This document shows, piece by piece, positions 11,159-20,700 of a stretch of DNA of 64,000 bases. This stretch comes from an uncultured Actinomycetota bacterium (GTDB lineage Bacteria; Actinomycetota; Actinomycetes; Streptosporangiales; Streptosporangiaceae). Under the pieces are notes generated by a model. That model did no database searches. It saw only the letters and a program-made list of their open reading frames with translations, and was not told where the DNA came from. A program made the position numbers and the translations under genes. The DNA is taken from assembly GCA_963805715.1 (NCBI GenBank), contig CAWDVK010000013.1:80352-144351 (forward strand), read 5' to 3'. Numbering within the stretch: the first letter of the stretch is position 1; every line of letters starts with the position of its first letter.

Positions 11159-11605
11159 TCAGCGGATCTCCAGCGCCATGCGAGGCGCGATGCCGAACTC
11201 CGTCTCGGCGACCCCGTGATCGATGAAGCCGACGGCACGGTAGAACTCCAGCGCGTGCGGGTTGGCGGTCACTTCCAGGCGACCTGCGCCCCGTGCTCGC
11301 AGAACATCCGCGATCCGGCTGACGAGTGCTGTGGCAATACCGCGCCTCATCCAGCCCGGTTCTACGAAGAGGTCTTCCAGTTCGAAACCGCCGCCGGCTT
11401 CGTTCCACGTGGCGAAGCCGACGACTGAGCGATCTTCTTCCGCGACATGAGTGCGCCCCTCAGCCAGTGCATCAGGCCTGAGGATCAGGTACTCCGGATG
11501 GGCTAGCAGGTTGCCGCGGTCGCCCGCATTGGACAACGACGCCCTGCGATAGACATCCGACACGGCGGAGATATCAGCGAGCACTCCCAGCCGGATCATC
11601 GTCAC
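11159..11605 (-). CDS. GNAT family N-acetyltransferase
   Basis: Acetyl-CoA binding motif A: RRGIATALVSRIADVLRARGAGRLEV. Confidence 0.7.
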   Translation of the reverse strand: MTMIRLGVLADISAVSDVYRRASLSNAGDRGNLLAHPEYLILRPDALAEGRTHVAEEDRSVVGFATWNEAGGGFELEDLFVEPGWMRRGIATALVSRIADVLRARGAGRLEVTANPHALEFYRAVGFIDHGVAETEFGIAPRMALEIR

Positions 11606-11744
11606 AGTATCTACCAGGCAGCCCTGGCCGCCCGGGCTGGCCAGCCTCCGGCAGTCACTCTTCCCAACGTCCGCTCTAGCCGGGTGGGGCGAGCATAGGG
11701 GCGGCTGCAGGTCTTCGTGAATCTGCGGGCCCGCGAGCTACGCA

Positions 11745-11993
11745 ATGCCGAACAGCGCGGCGATCGGCCTAATCAGCGGCATCGTCGACCGTGCCATCAC
11801 CCGCGGCGAACTGCCCGCCGGGACAGAGCCGGCGCCGCTCATGAACGCAATGGCCGCACCCCTCTACCACCGGCTCCTGGTCACCGGCGAACCGCTGACC
11901 AGGCGCCACGCCGACCTGAGCGCCGAGGCGGCGCTCGCTGCCGCGCAGGCCGGAGTGTGCACGCCCGCCACGGTCAGGACAGGCCGGCGCTAG
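11745..11993 (+). pseudogene. TetR-family regulator, C-terminal ligand-binding domain fragment only
   Basis: 82 aa resembling a TetR C-terminal domain (IGLISGIVDRAITRGELPAG...LYHRLLVTGEPLT). No N-terminal HTH is present, and an in-frame stop lies just upstream. Confidence 0.4.
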
Positions 11994-12853
11994 CTGCCGA
12001 GCGCGAAGATGCGCGCCGCGTTGCCGCCCCAGGCGGCGGCCACCTGGCTGGTCGTGCAGCCCGCGTCCAGCAGCACCTTCTCCACCGCCCGGGCGTTCCG
12101 GTCGACGCCTGGCACGCCTGGCCAGTCGGTGCCGAAGACCATCTTGCCGGCCAGCCTGCTCAGCGAGCTGCCGTAGTAGTCGGGCAGCCGCTGCGGCGGC
12201 AGCCCGGACACCTCGAGCCAGACGTTGGGCCGCTGCAGTGCGAGGAAGGCCGCCTGGTCGTACCACCAGCCGCGGCCGCCGTGCGCGAGGACGACGGTCA
12301 GGCCGGGGAAATCGCGGAAGACCGGGTCGAGCAGGATCGGGTCACCGTAGGCATTCACCGATCCGGGGAAGGTCGAGGTGCCGCAGTGCACGATCACCGG
12401 CAGGCCGCGTTCCTCGGCCCACGAGTAGGCCGGGTACATCATCCGGTCGCCAGCTTCGAAGCCGCCGTGCACCGGATGGATCTTGCAGGCGACGGCGCCG
12501 AGGCCGACCTGGCGGGCCAGCTCCCTGGCCACGGGGTAGTGCAGGTGCGGGTTGATGTTGGCGACCGGCCGGAAGCGGACGGGGTTCACGCCGACCAGCG
12601 GCAGCACGTCCTCGATCGGCTGGATGCCGGTGGCCTTGGGGCTGTGCTCGGTGAAGAGCAGCACATGGTCCACGCCCTGCCGGGCGAAGTGCTCGTCGAT
12701 GGCCGCCGGCCGGGGCGTTCCGTCCGGCTCGAACAGCTCGCCCATCGCCACGCTGCGGCCGAAGTCTCCCGCCCAGGCCTGCCAGTCCGCCGACAGCGTC
12801 GGCAGCCGGGCCACGTGCACGTGCGCATCGACGAGCAGCCTGCCATCCAGCAC
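11990..12853 (-). CDS. Amidohydrolase-2 family (TIM-barrel metal-dependent hydrolase/decarboxylase)
   Basis: HVH metal-binding N-terminus (LLVDAHVHV), VIVHCG and AHGG motifs. 287 aa. Confidence 0.7.
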   Translation of the reverse strand: MLDGRLLVDAHVHVARLPTLSADWQAWAGDFGRSVAMGELFEPDGTPRPAAIDEHFARQGVDHVLLFTEHSPKATGIQPIEDVLPLVGVNPVRFRPVANINPHLHYPVARELARQVGLGAVACKIHPVHGGFEAGDRMMYPAYSWAEERGLPVIVHCGTSTFPGSVNAYGDPILLDPVFRDFPGLTVVLAHGGRGWWYDQAAFLALQRPNVWLEVSGLPPQRLPDYYGSSLSRLAGKMVFGTDWPGVPGVDRNARAVEKVLLDAGCTTSQVAAAWGGNAARIFALGS

Positions 12854-12856
12854 GGG

Positions 12857-13447
12857 TCAGCCCCGGCCGCTGGTGCTGAGGGGTGAGCCTGCGCTGGCGG
12901 CCTGACTGGCGGCGACCTGCGCGATGGCGTACTCGCGTAGCCTGAACCGCTGGACCTTGCCGGTCGCGGTGAGCGGGAACTCCGGCAGGAAGAGCACGTG
13001 CCGCGGCCGCTTGTAGGCGGCCAGGCCGGCCCGGCAGAAGCCGATCAGCTCGCCGGCGGTTGGCGCGCTGCCCGGCCGGGGGATCACGCAGGCCACCGGC
13101 TTCTCCAGGCCGTCGCTGTCCGGCACGGCGACCACCACGGCCTGCTCCACGGCCGGATGAGCGCGCAGCCTCGTCTCGACCTCGGTGGGGGAGACCCAGA
13201 CCCCGTCGGCCTTGAAGACGTCGGCGCGCAGGCCGGCGGCGATCAGCGCGGCCGCCGCCTGCCAGGCCAGCTCGTCGAGGTCGCGGTAGGTCAGGTCGGT
13301 GGCCTGGCCGGCCGCGTCCACCGCGGTGACCGCCACCCGGCCGGGCGTCTCGGCGGCGTGCCTGCCCAGCAGCCAGCCGGCCGCATTGAACTGGTCGCCG
13401 CCCGCCGGGCTGGCCGCGGCACTGGCTGAATCGGCGATCGCTGTCAC
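12857..13447 (-). pseudogene. Aryl/benzoate-CoA ligase (AMP-dependent synthetase) with in-frame internal deletion of the catalytic core
   Basis: An N-terminal roughly 55 aa (FNAAGWLLGRHAAETPGRVAVTAV...LTYRDLDELAWQAAAAL) is fused directly to the C-terminal domain (DGVWVSPTEVETRLRAHPAV...AYKRPRHVLFLPEFPLTATGKVQRFRLRE). About 330 aa, including the AMP-binding motifs, are missing. Confidence 0.65.
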
Positions 13448-13677
13448 GACGCGGGATCCCTTCGCTGCGGGCCGGGAACTCAGAATCGGTCATGTCACAT
13501 GGTCCGCCGGCCCGTGCTCCCGGCAGGGCTGCCGGGGTGGTTCCAGACGGATTAACCCATCCTGACGTGCTACACGATTCTCGGCAAGCTCGACTGAGTT
13601 GTAGACAATCGAGGTTGCAGGCAATCGAGCTTGGCCGTCCCGGCGCGCGGCCTCGGGGCCTCCGGGGCAGCGGCCGA

Positions 13678-14298
13678 TCAGGCGGCTAACAGCCGCCGTT
13701 CCCGGCGGTCGGTCCCGCTGGCCCGGTCGCCGCGGTCCAGGCGGCTGGCCTCGGGCAGCCGTTCTGGCCGCAGGCCGAAGAACATCCCGAACATGACTCC
13801 GAGGTCCAGAATGGCGATCAGGCCGCCGATGTACGGGCCGGGACCGCCGAGCCAGGCGAGGTACCCGCAGAAGGAGAGCACGATGATGAGGGCGCCGAGC
13901 GCACGCGGCCGCCCGCTCTGGGCCAGCCGTTCCGGTACCTCATAGGGCGCGCGATCGACGTAGCTCGCGGTGGCCGCCTTCTCCTGGGCGATCCGCAGCC
14001 ACAGGTCGTACAGCTCGGGCGCCTGCTCGCGCAGCGCGATGGCCTGCTCGACGGACGGGATCCCGCCAGTCGTGACGGCCGGCTGCGGTCCCGTGACCGG
14101 CTGCGGGGCGATGGCCGGCTGCGGCGCCGTCACCGGCTGCGGGGCGGCCGCCTGCTGCAGGGGCGCTGCCTGCTGGGCAGGCTGCTGGGAAGTCGTGGGC
14201 TGCTGGGAAGTCGTGGGCTGCTGGGAAGTGGCAGGCGGGGGCACCTGGGCGGTCACGCTGGGCAGCGGGCCGGTGCCTGCGCGATCCATATCAGTCAT
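13678..14298 (-). CDS. Pro/Gln/Thr-rich repeat membrane protein
   Basis: N-terminal tandem peptide repeats (SQQPTT x3, PQPVTAPQPAIAPQPVTGPQP) encoded by tandem DNA repeats. Two C-terminal TM helices. Start overlaps the upstream ORF stop (ATGA). Confidence 0.45.
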   Translation of the reverse strand: MTDMDRAGTGPLPSVTAQVPPPATSQQPTTSQQPTTSQQPAQQAAPLQQAAAPQPVTAPQPAIAPQPVTGPQPAVTTGGIPSVEQAIALREQAPELYDLWLRIAQEKAATASYVDRAPYEVPERLAQSGRPRALGALIIVLSFCGYLAWLGGPGPYIGGLIAILDLGVMFGMFFGLRPERLPEASRLDRGDRASGTDRRERRLLAA

Positions 14299-14606
14299 GC
14301 GGCTAAGCTCCCACCGCTCTCATCTCGCGCACGCATGACCGCGTCCCGGTGCGCGCTCATGATCGTGCTCATCGCCGCCGTGATCGGATCTTCGGTCTCC
14401 TCGGGCGGCGGACTGGGGGGAAGCACCGGGCGGAAGGTGCGATACACCGCCGTGCCGGTCAGGTCGAAGATCGCAGCGATCCCCATGGCGAATGCGAGGA
14501 CCCGGCGAGCTGACCTGTCCGTCGGCATACCAGGGTCAGTGCCCGGTCCGAACCCGCCCAAACACGCACGGTCACCGAGTGAATTCGCTTCGTGTTCGCC
14601 CGGCAT
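14295..14606 (-). CDS. Small membrane protein (hypothetical)
   Basis: One predicted TM helix (RVLAFAMGIAAIFDLTGTAVY). Translationally coupled to the downstream repeat protein. Confidence 0.3.
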   Translation of the reverse strand: MPGEHEANSLGDRACLGGFGPGTDPGMPTDRSARRVLAFAMGIAAIFDLTGTAVYRTFRPVLPPSPPPEETEDPITAAMSTIMSAHRDAVMRARDESGGSLAA

Positions 14607-14631
14607 TCGCCCGCCGGGACCGGCCGCCTCG

Positions 14632-15234
14632 CTAGGAGGAGCAGGTCCAGCTGACCAGGCCGGAGATGGCCGGGCTGGACGCGCTGCCGTTCAGGTGCGC
14701 GTCCGCGAAGACGAACTCCCCGGAGCCGTCCTTGTTCAGCATCAGCCCCTCCTGGTTCCTGCCGGTGCTGGACATCGGAACCAGCACGTACTTGTCCATG
14801 CCCGACTTTCCGGTCAGCCAGATCACGTTTCCCTTGTCCTGCCTGAGCGCATCCGGCTTGTAGATGCCGGGGCCGGTGAAATGCGCCAGCAGGACGTCGA
14901 CCTGCGGGTCCGGGCTGGCGGTCGGGGAGGGCACCTGGAAGCCGCCGCCGGGAGCATCGCCCTTCTGCGCTGCCGTGGCGCAGCTGGTGGCCTTGACCTG
15001 GTCGGTGTAGGACTTCTTGATCTGCGCGGCGCCGTCGACGTAGATGACGCCGTGGAAGGTGGCGCTGCCGGTGCTGGCCGTGCTGGAGGAGACCGGGTGG
15101 CTGCTGGGAGCGCTGCTGGTGCCGGACGAACTGCACGCGCCGAGCCCCAGTGCCGCGGTGATGGCGGCGGCGAGGACGATGCCGCGGGCCCCGCGGGCGT
15201 GGCTGGCGATGTCGCGGGCTTCCAACTGGCTCAT
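14632..15234 (-). CDS. Lipoprotein (hypothetical)
   Basis: Signal peptide with lipobox (ITAALGLGAC) starting at MSQLEARD. The upstream part of the track ORF is probably untranslated. Confidence 0.5.
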   Translation of the reverse strand: MSQLEARDIASHARGARGIVLAAAITAALGLGACSSSGTSSAPSSHPVSSSTASTGSATFHGVIYVDGAAQIKKSYTDQVKATSCATAAQKGDAPGGGFQVPSPTASPDPQVDVLLAHFTGPGIYKPDALRQDKGNVIWLTGKSGMDKYVLVPMSSTGRNQEGLMLNKDGSGEFVFADAHLNGSASSPAISGLVSWTCSS

Positions 15235-15474
15235 GCCGGTTCTCCTGTTCGGGCGGGGGAGGTGGGCGGGATGCCGTCGGCGGCAGCTGCGGGGCCGCGC
15301 AGGCCGGCTCCCCGGGCTCGGGTAGCCAGCTGTCACCCTAGGGCAAGTTGACTGTCTGTGTCTGTGCGATCACATGAAGCCACCAAGAATGACAGATCGG
15401 CTGTAGAGTGGCCGACGCCATAGAATGCGGTCTTCCGCTGTGATCCTCGTTCTGTCAAGCAAAGGGCTTTTCCC

Positions 15475-17184
15475 ATGCGCTGGTCCCAGGTGCACATTCC
15501 GACGCTGCGCGAAGACCCGGCCGACGCCGACGCGGCCAGTCACCGGCTGCTGCTGCGCGGCGGCTTCATCCGCCAGCTCATGGCCGGGCACTACTCACTG
15601 CTCCCGCTCGGCGTCCGGGTCCGGGCCAAGGTCATGACCGTGATCCGGGAGGAGATGAACCGGATCGGGGGCCAGGAATTCCTGCTGCCGTCGATGCAGC
15701 CGGCCCAGATCTGGGAGAGGAGCGGGCGGCTCAGCGTCATGGGCGCGGAGATGTTCCGGCTCAGGGACCGCAAGGGCGCGGAGGTCGTGCTCGGCATGAC
15801 CCACGAGGAGATCTTCACGACGCTGGCCGCCGAGCTGTCGTCCTACCGGCAGCTGCCGCAGTTCTGGTACCAGTTCCAGCTGAAGTTCCGGGATGAGCCG
15901 CGGCCCAAGAGCGGGCTGATCCGGGTCCGCGAGTTCACCATGAAGGACTCCTACAGCTTTGACGTGGACGAAGCCGGCCTGGATGCCTCCTTCGACGCGC
16001 ACCGGGCCGCCTATGAGCGGATCTTCGCCCGGCTCGGCATTCCGGCCATCGCGGTCGAGGCCTCCAGCGGGAACATGGGCGGCAGCGATTCCATCGAGTT
16101 CATGTGCCCGACCCCGGCGGGCGAGGATCTCGTCGCCCGCTGCGGCAACTGCGGCTACGCGGCGAACCTGGAGAAGGCCACATCAGCGCTGGCCTCCGTC
16201 GAGGACGGCACCGGGCCGGCGGAGCCGCAGCGGCTGCCCACCCCCGGCGTCCGCACCATCGAGGACCTTGCGCAGCGGCACGGGGTGACGGCGGACCGGC
16301 AGATCAAGACCCTGGTCCAGGTCATCGACGGCCAGCTGACCCTGGTGCTGCTGCGCGGCGACCATCCGCTGGCCGATCAGAAGCTGGTCGACGCGACCGG
16401 CGCCATCGACATCCGGCCGGCCCAGCCGGACGAGATCAGGGCCGCGCTCGGCGCCTCGCCGGGCAGCCTCGGCGCGGTCGGGATCACTGAGCTGCCCGTC
16501 ATCGCGGACCTGGCCCTGCGGGGGCGGCAGGACATGACGACCGGCGCCAACGCCGACGACGAGCACCTCACCGGCGTCGACGTGTCCAGGGACATCAGCG
16601 TCGGCAGCTGGGCGGACCTGCGCGAGGTGTCGGCCGGCGAGCCGTGCCCGCGCTGCGGCCACCCGCTGGAGCTGCTGCAGGCCGTCGAGGTCGGGCACAT
16701 CTTCAAGCTGGGCCGCAAGTACACCAGCGTGCTGGGCGTCTCGGTGCTCGGCCCGGACGGCGCGAGCATCACCCCGATCATGGGCAGCTACGGCATCGGC
16801 GTGGAGCGGGCGGTGGCGGCGATCGCCGAGGTCCACCACGATGACGCCGGGCTGACCTGGCCGGTTCAGGTGGCGCCGGTCGAGGCTACGGTCATCCTGC
16901 TGTCGCCGCGGGACGAGGCGGCCCGGTCGGCGGCCGAGTCGCTGTACTCAGGGCTGCTGGCTGCCGGGATCGACGCGGCCATCGACGACAGGGACGAGCG
17001 GCCAGGGGTGAAGTACAAGGACGCGGAGCTGACCGGCATCCCGTGCCGGATCACCGTGGGCAGCCGGGACCTGGCTGACGGCGTGGCCGAGGTCACCAGC
17101 CGGGCGACAGGGGAGAAGGAGCGAGTCCCGCTGGCCGACGTGATCGGCTACGTCGGCAGGTTCCTGGCGGCCACGGCCGGCTAG
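15475..17184 (+). CDS. proS: Proline--tRNA ligase (bacterial type with editing domain)
   Basis: 569 aa with a canonical ProRS N-terminus (MRWSQVHIPTLREDPADAD...HRLLLRGGFIRQL) and class II motifs. AT-richer promoter region upstream. Confidence 0.95.
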   Translation: MRWSQVHIPTLREDPADADAASHRLLLRGGFIRQLMAGHYSLLPLGVRVRAKVMTVIREEMNRIGGQEFLLPSMQPAQIWERSGRLSVMGAEMFRLRDRKGAEVVLGMTHEEIFTTLAAELSSYRQLPQFWYQFQLKFRDEPRPKSGLIRVREFTMKDSYSFDVDEAGLDASFDAHRAAYERIFARLGIPAIAVEASSGNMGGSDSIEFMCPTPAGEDLVARCGNCGYAANLEKATSALASVEDGTGPAEPQRLPTPGVRTIEDLAQRHGVTADRQIKTLVQVIDGQLTLVLLRGDHPLADQKLVDATGAIDIRPAQPDEIRAALGASPGSLGAVGITELPVIADLALRGRQDMTTGANADDEHLTGVDVSRDISVGSWADLREVSAGEPCPRCGHPLELLQAVEVGHIFKLGRKYTSVLGVSVLGPDGASITPIMGSYGIGVERAVAAIAEVHHDDAGLTWPVQVAPVEATVILLSPRDEAARSAAESLYSGLLAAGIDAAIDDRDERPGVKYKDAELTGIPCRITVGSRDLADGVAEVTSRATGEKERVPLADVIGYVGRFLAATAG

Positions 17185-17237
17185 CGGCTCCGCGGAGCCT
17201 GAGCGCCGCCGTCAGGCCGGGCGCGGCTGCCAGGATG

Positions 17238-17474
17238 TCAGGCCGGGTGCACCGTCGAGCGCCACCGGCGGGTCCGGGCGGCGAGGGCCAGGCCGGTCCA
17301 GTCGCGCCGCGTTCCGCTGCCGGAGTCGGCCGGGCGCGCCGTCCGGTCGCAGCCATCCCGGCCCTGGTCACGGATGCTGATGGCAGGATCAGCCTGGACG
17401 TGCGCATCGCCGGGCCCGGCGAGCCGCTCATGCTGGCTAGCCAGCTCTGTCCAGTCCCTGATGTCAGCCGGCAT
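17238..17474 (-). CDS. Hypothetical small protein
   Basis: 78-aa ORF with a strong RBS (GGGAGGAG, 6 nt before the ATG). Confidence 0.3.
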   Translation of the reverse strand: MPADIRDWTELASQHERLAGPGDAHVQADPAISIRDQGRDGCDRTARPADSGSGTRRDWTGLALAARTRRWRSTVHPA

Positions 17475-17518
17475 CGTCGGCTCCTCCCATTCAGTACGCC
17501 CGCGGCCGCCCCTGTACG

Positions 17519-17552
17519 CCCCGGGCCCTCACCTATAGACACGCGTGAGGGC
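17519..17552. terminator. Perfect 10-bp inverted repeat GGGCCCTCAC-N12-GTGAGGGCCC
   Basis: Seen in the sequence. Lies downstream of the tricorn gene and the tandem repeats on the minus strand. Confidence 0.35.
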
Positions 17553-17626
17553 CCGGATGGTTGGGGAAAGGATGGTCACGAGTCCATAACCATTCCCGTA
17601 ACGCCCGGTTGCGGGCGATCCGGCCC

Positions 17627-17750
17627 GCCCGCTCCGCTAATCCGGCCCGCACGGCCCGGCTAATCCGGCCCGGCTAATCCGGCCCGCCGGCCCGGCTAAT
17701 CCGGCCCGCCGGCCTGGCTAATCCGGCCCCGCCGGCCTGGCTAATCCGGC
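17627..17750. repeat. Tandem repeat array, about 6 copies of GGCTAATCCGGCCC with variable 0-10 nt G/C-rich spacers
   Basis: Read directly from the sequence. Begins at the last codons or stop of the tricorn protease gene and extends into the intergenic region. Confidence 0.85.
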
Positions 17751-20700
17751 TGGCGCGGCGGGAGGGACGGGCGGCGGCGGGAGGGGCGGTCCGTGGTGGC
17801 CGGGGCGGTGCGAGCCGGGCTGGCCTGCAGCGCCTCCAGCGCGATCCGGACGCCGGCCTCCAGCTGCGCATCGTGGCCGGCCGCCCAGTCGTCGGGCGAC
17901 TGCAGGACCTCAACGTCCGGGTCGACGCCGTAGTTCTCCACGCTCCAGCCCAGCTGGCTGAACCAGAATGCGAAGCGCGGGACGGTGATCGCCGTGCCAT
18001 CGGCCAGCTCGTGGTAGTCGTCATAGCCGACCACGCCGCCCCAGGTACGGGCGCCCACCACCGGCCCGAGGCCGAGGATGCGGATGGCCGCCGTGACGAT
18101 GTCGCCGTCGGAGCCCGCGAACTCGTCGGTGAGCGCGACCACGGGTCCGCGCGGCGCGTCCAGCGGGTAGGAGTCGGCGCGCTGCCCGCGCGGGACATCC
18201 CAGCCGATCACCCGGCGGGCCAGCTTCTCGACCACGAGCTGGGACGTGTGGCCGCCGCTGTTGCCCCGGATGTCCACGATCAGTGCCTCGAGCGCCATCT
18301 CCGAGCGCAGGTCGCGGTTGAAGTCCGCCCAGCCCTCGCTGACCATGTCCGGCACGTGCAGGTAGCCGAGCCTGCCCTGGCCGAGTTCGCGGACCAGCCG
18401 GCGCCGCCCGGCCACCCAGTCCAGGTAGCGCAGCCGCCGGTCATCCCTGAGGGCCAGCGCGACCGCGCGCCGCGGCTGGTCGCGCGCCGCCGAGGTGACG
18501 ATCAGCTCGACCGGCTTGCCCGCCGCGCCAGCCAGCAGCGGCCAGGGCCCCGGACCGGCCGGCACGCGCTGGCCGTCGACGGCGAGCAGCACGTCGCCCG
18601 GCGCGACCCGGACCCCGGGCGTGGCGAGCGGTGACCGGGCGCGCGGATCCGAGGAATCGCCCGGAACCACCCTGACGAACCGCCAGGCACCGTCATCGTC
18701 GGGTTCCAGGTCGGCGCCCAGCATGCCCACCAGGCCGGATCCGGGATGCTCGTCCTCCGTCGGCCGGACGTAGGCATGCGACGTGCCCAGCTCCCCGAAC
18801 ACCTCCCAGAGCAGGTCGGCGAAGTCGCCCTGGCCGGCGATCCGGTCCAGCAGCGGCCGGTAGGCGTCCAGGATCGCGTCCCAGTCGATGCCCGCCATGT
18901 CCGGCACCCAGTAGTCGTGCCGCATGATCCGGCCCGCCTCCGCGAAGGCGGCCCGCCACAGCGCGACCGGGTCGGCCAGGAACCTGGCCCTGGACAGGTC
19001 CACCCGGACCTCGTCGTCGGCGTTGTCGTGATCGGCCTTGCGGTCGGCGGGGATGACCGTCAGCTTGCCCTCGTCGCTGACCACCAGCCGCCTGCCGTCG
19101 CCGCTGGCCTCGAACCAGTCCACGTCATCCTGCAGTTCCGTGCAGGCACGGCGGCGCAGGTCGAAGTACTCCAGCACCGGACGCGGAGCGGCGTCGTCCG
19201 CCTGGGCGCCGCCCTGGCCGAGGCTGCCGGCGACCGGCTCCCTGAGCCAGGCCAGGCCGCCCTTGACGGCCCGCAGGGAGGAATAGCGCGACTCGGGCAC
19301 CGGGACCTGCACGACCCGGGCGGGCAGTCCCTCGGCATCGACCACGACGGCCGGATCTCCGGCCCGGTCCGCCGCCTCGTCGCCGGGCTCCGCGGGGCCA
19401 CCAGGGCCGCCGTGGCCTGGCTCACCGCGGGCCTCGGCGCGCCCGCCGGACCGGGGTTCACGACCGGGGCCGGCCGGACTGGCGGCTGGCGCATGGCCGT
19501 CCCGGCCGTGGCCGCTGCCAGCTTCGTGCCCGTCCTGGTCCTGCGGGTCACCGATCGGCCGGCCGCCCGGCAGCGGGCCGAAGGGCGATGGCGTGGGAGC
19601 GGCCAGCGGCACCAGGTACGGCCGCGATCCGTACGGGAAGGACAGATCGAACACGTGCGCGTCGTAGACCGGGTCGAAGTTGCGCCGGGACAGGAAGGCC
19701 AGGTGGAGGCCGTCGGCGGTAAAAACAGGCTCGGTGTCGGTGAACCGGCCGTCGGTGACGTCCACGATGGAGCGGTCGGCCGGCCGGGCCAGCCGGACCC
19801 GGCGCAGCGGCGGCGCCACCGGGTCCGACCACGCCAGCCAGGCCGAGTCCGGCGACCACGCCAGCCCGGTAACCTCGCGGTTATCAGAGACGGCTAGCTC
19901 GGTCACGTCGCCGGACGCCACGTCCACCACCAGCAGCCGCCCGTCCAGCGCGGCGACCGCGACGGCGCTGCCGTCGGGCGCGACCGCGATGCTGGCGACC
20001 CGGCCGAGCGAGCCGGCCGCCAGCCGGCGCGGCGGCGCCAGGTCAGCTGCCGAGCTCGCGCCGATCTCCAGCGCGTCCTCGCCGTCGGCGTCGCTGACCC
20101 AGGCGACCAGCCCGCTCGCCCCCAGCACCTGCGGCAGGCGTGCCCGGACGCCCGGCACCACCGACAGCGCGCGGGCCGGGCCGTCCCGGTGGGTCAGCCA
20201 GTGCACCGTGCCCCGTACCTCGATGGCGCTCGCTTGGCCCGCGGCGTCGCAGCACAGGCTGCCCAGATGGTCGTCTCCGCAGATGAGGCGCGGAGCCCGC
20301 GGCGCGGCCGGGGATCCCAGCATGATGTCCAGGCGGCGCGGCTCGCTTGCGGCACCGAGATCCTCGAGCAGCCAGATATCTCCCGCGCAGTGGTAGACGA
20401 CACGGGTCCCGTCCGTGCTGGCGTTACGGGCATAGAAGCCGTCGTGATCGGTGTGCCGGCGCAGGTCGCTGCCATCGAGCGCGCACGAGTAGACGTTGCC
20501 GGTGCCCTCGTGGTCGGACAGGAACGCCAGCCGGCCGCTGACCAGCATGGGACTGGAGAACTGGCCGGGCAGGTCAGCGAGCAGCCGGCGGAAGCGCGGT
20601 CCGGGCCGCTGGCCGGCGCCGTCCTCGGCGCCGGAGCTGTCACTGCCGGCCGGGCCCAGCCAGAGGCGCCCCGCCGTCCCGCCCCGGTAGCGCTTCCAGA

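Noticed and set aside
11717-12886. 389-aa Arg/Gly-rich ORF on the plus strand
   Set aside because: Antisense to the well-supported amidohydrolase gene. Its composition is typical of spurious high-GC antisense ORFs.
12342-13493. 383-aa Arg/Gly/Pro-rich ORF on the minus strand
   Set aside because: Overlaps two better-supported genes in other frames. Low-complexity composition.
17627-17750. CRISPR array
   Set aside because: The units are only 14 bp with 0-10 nt spacers. There are no 25-40 bp spacers and no cas genes nearby. It is a minisatellite.
17674-18198. 174-aa ORF on the minus strand overlapping the tandem repeats
   Set aside because: It is generated by translating the tandem repeat (RISQAGG repeats) and is antisense to, or overlaps, the tricorn gene.
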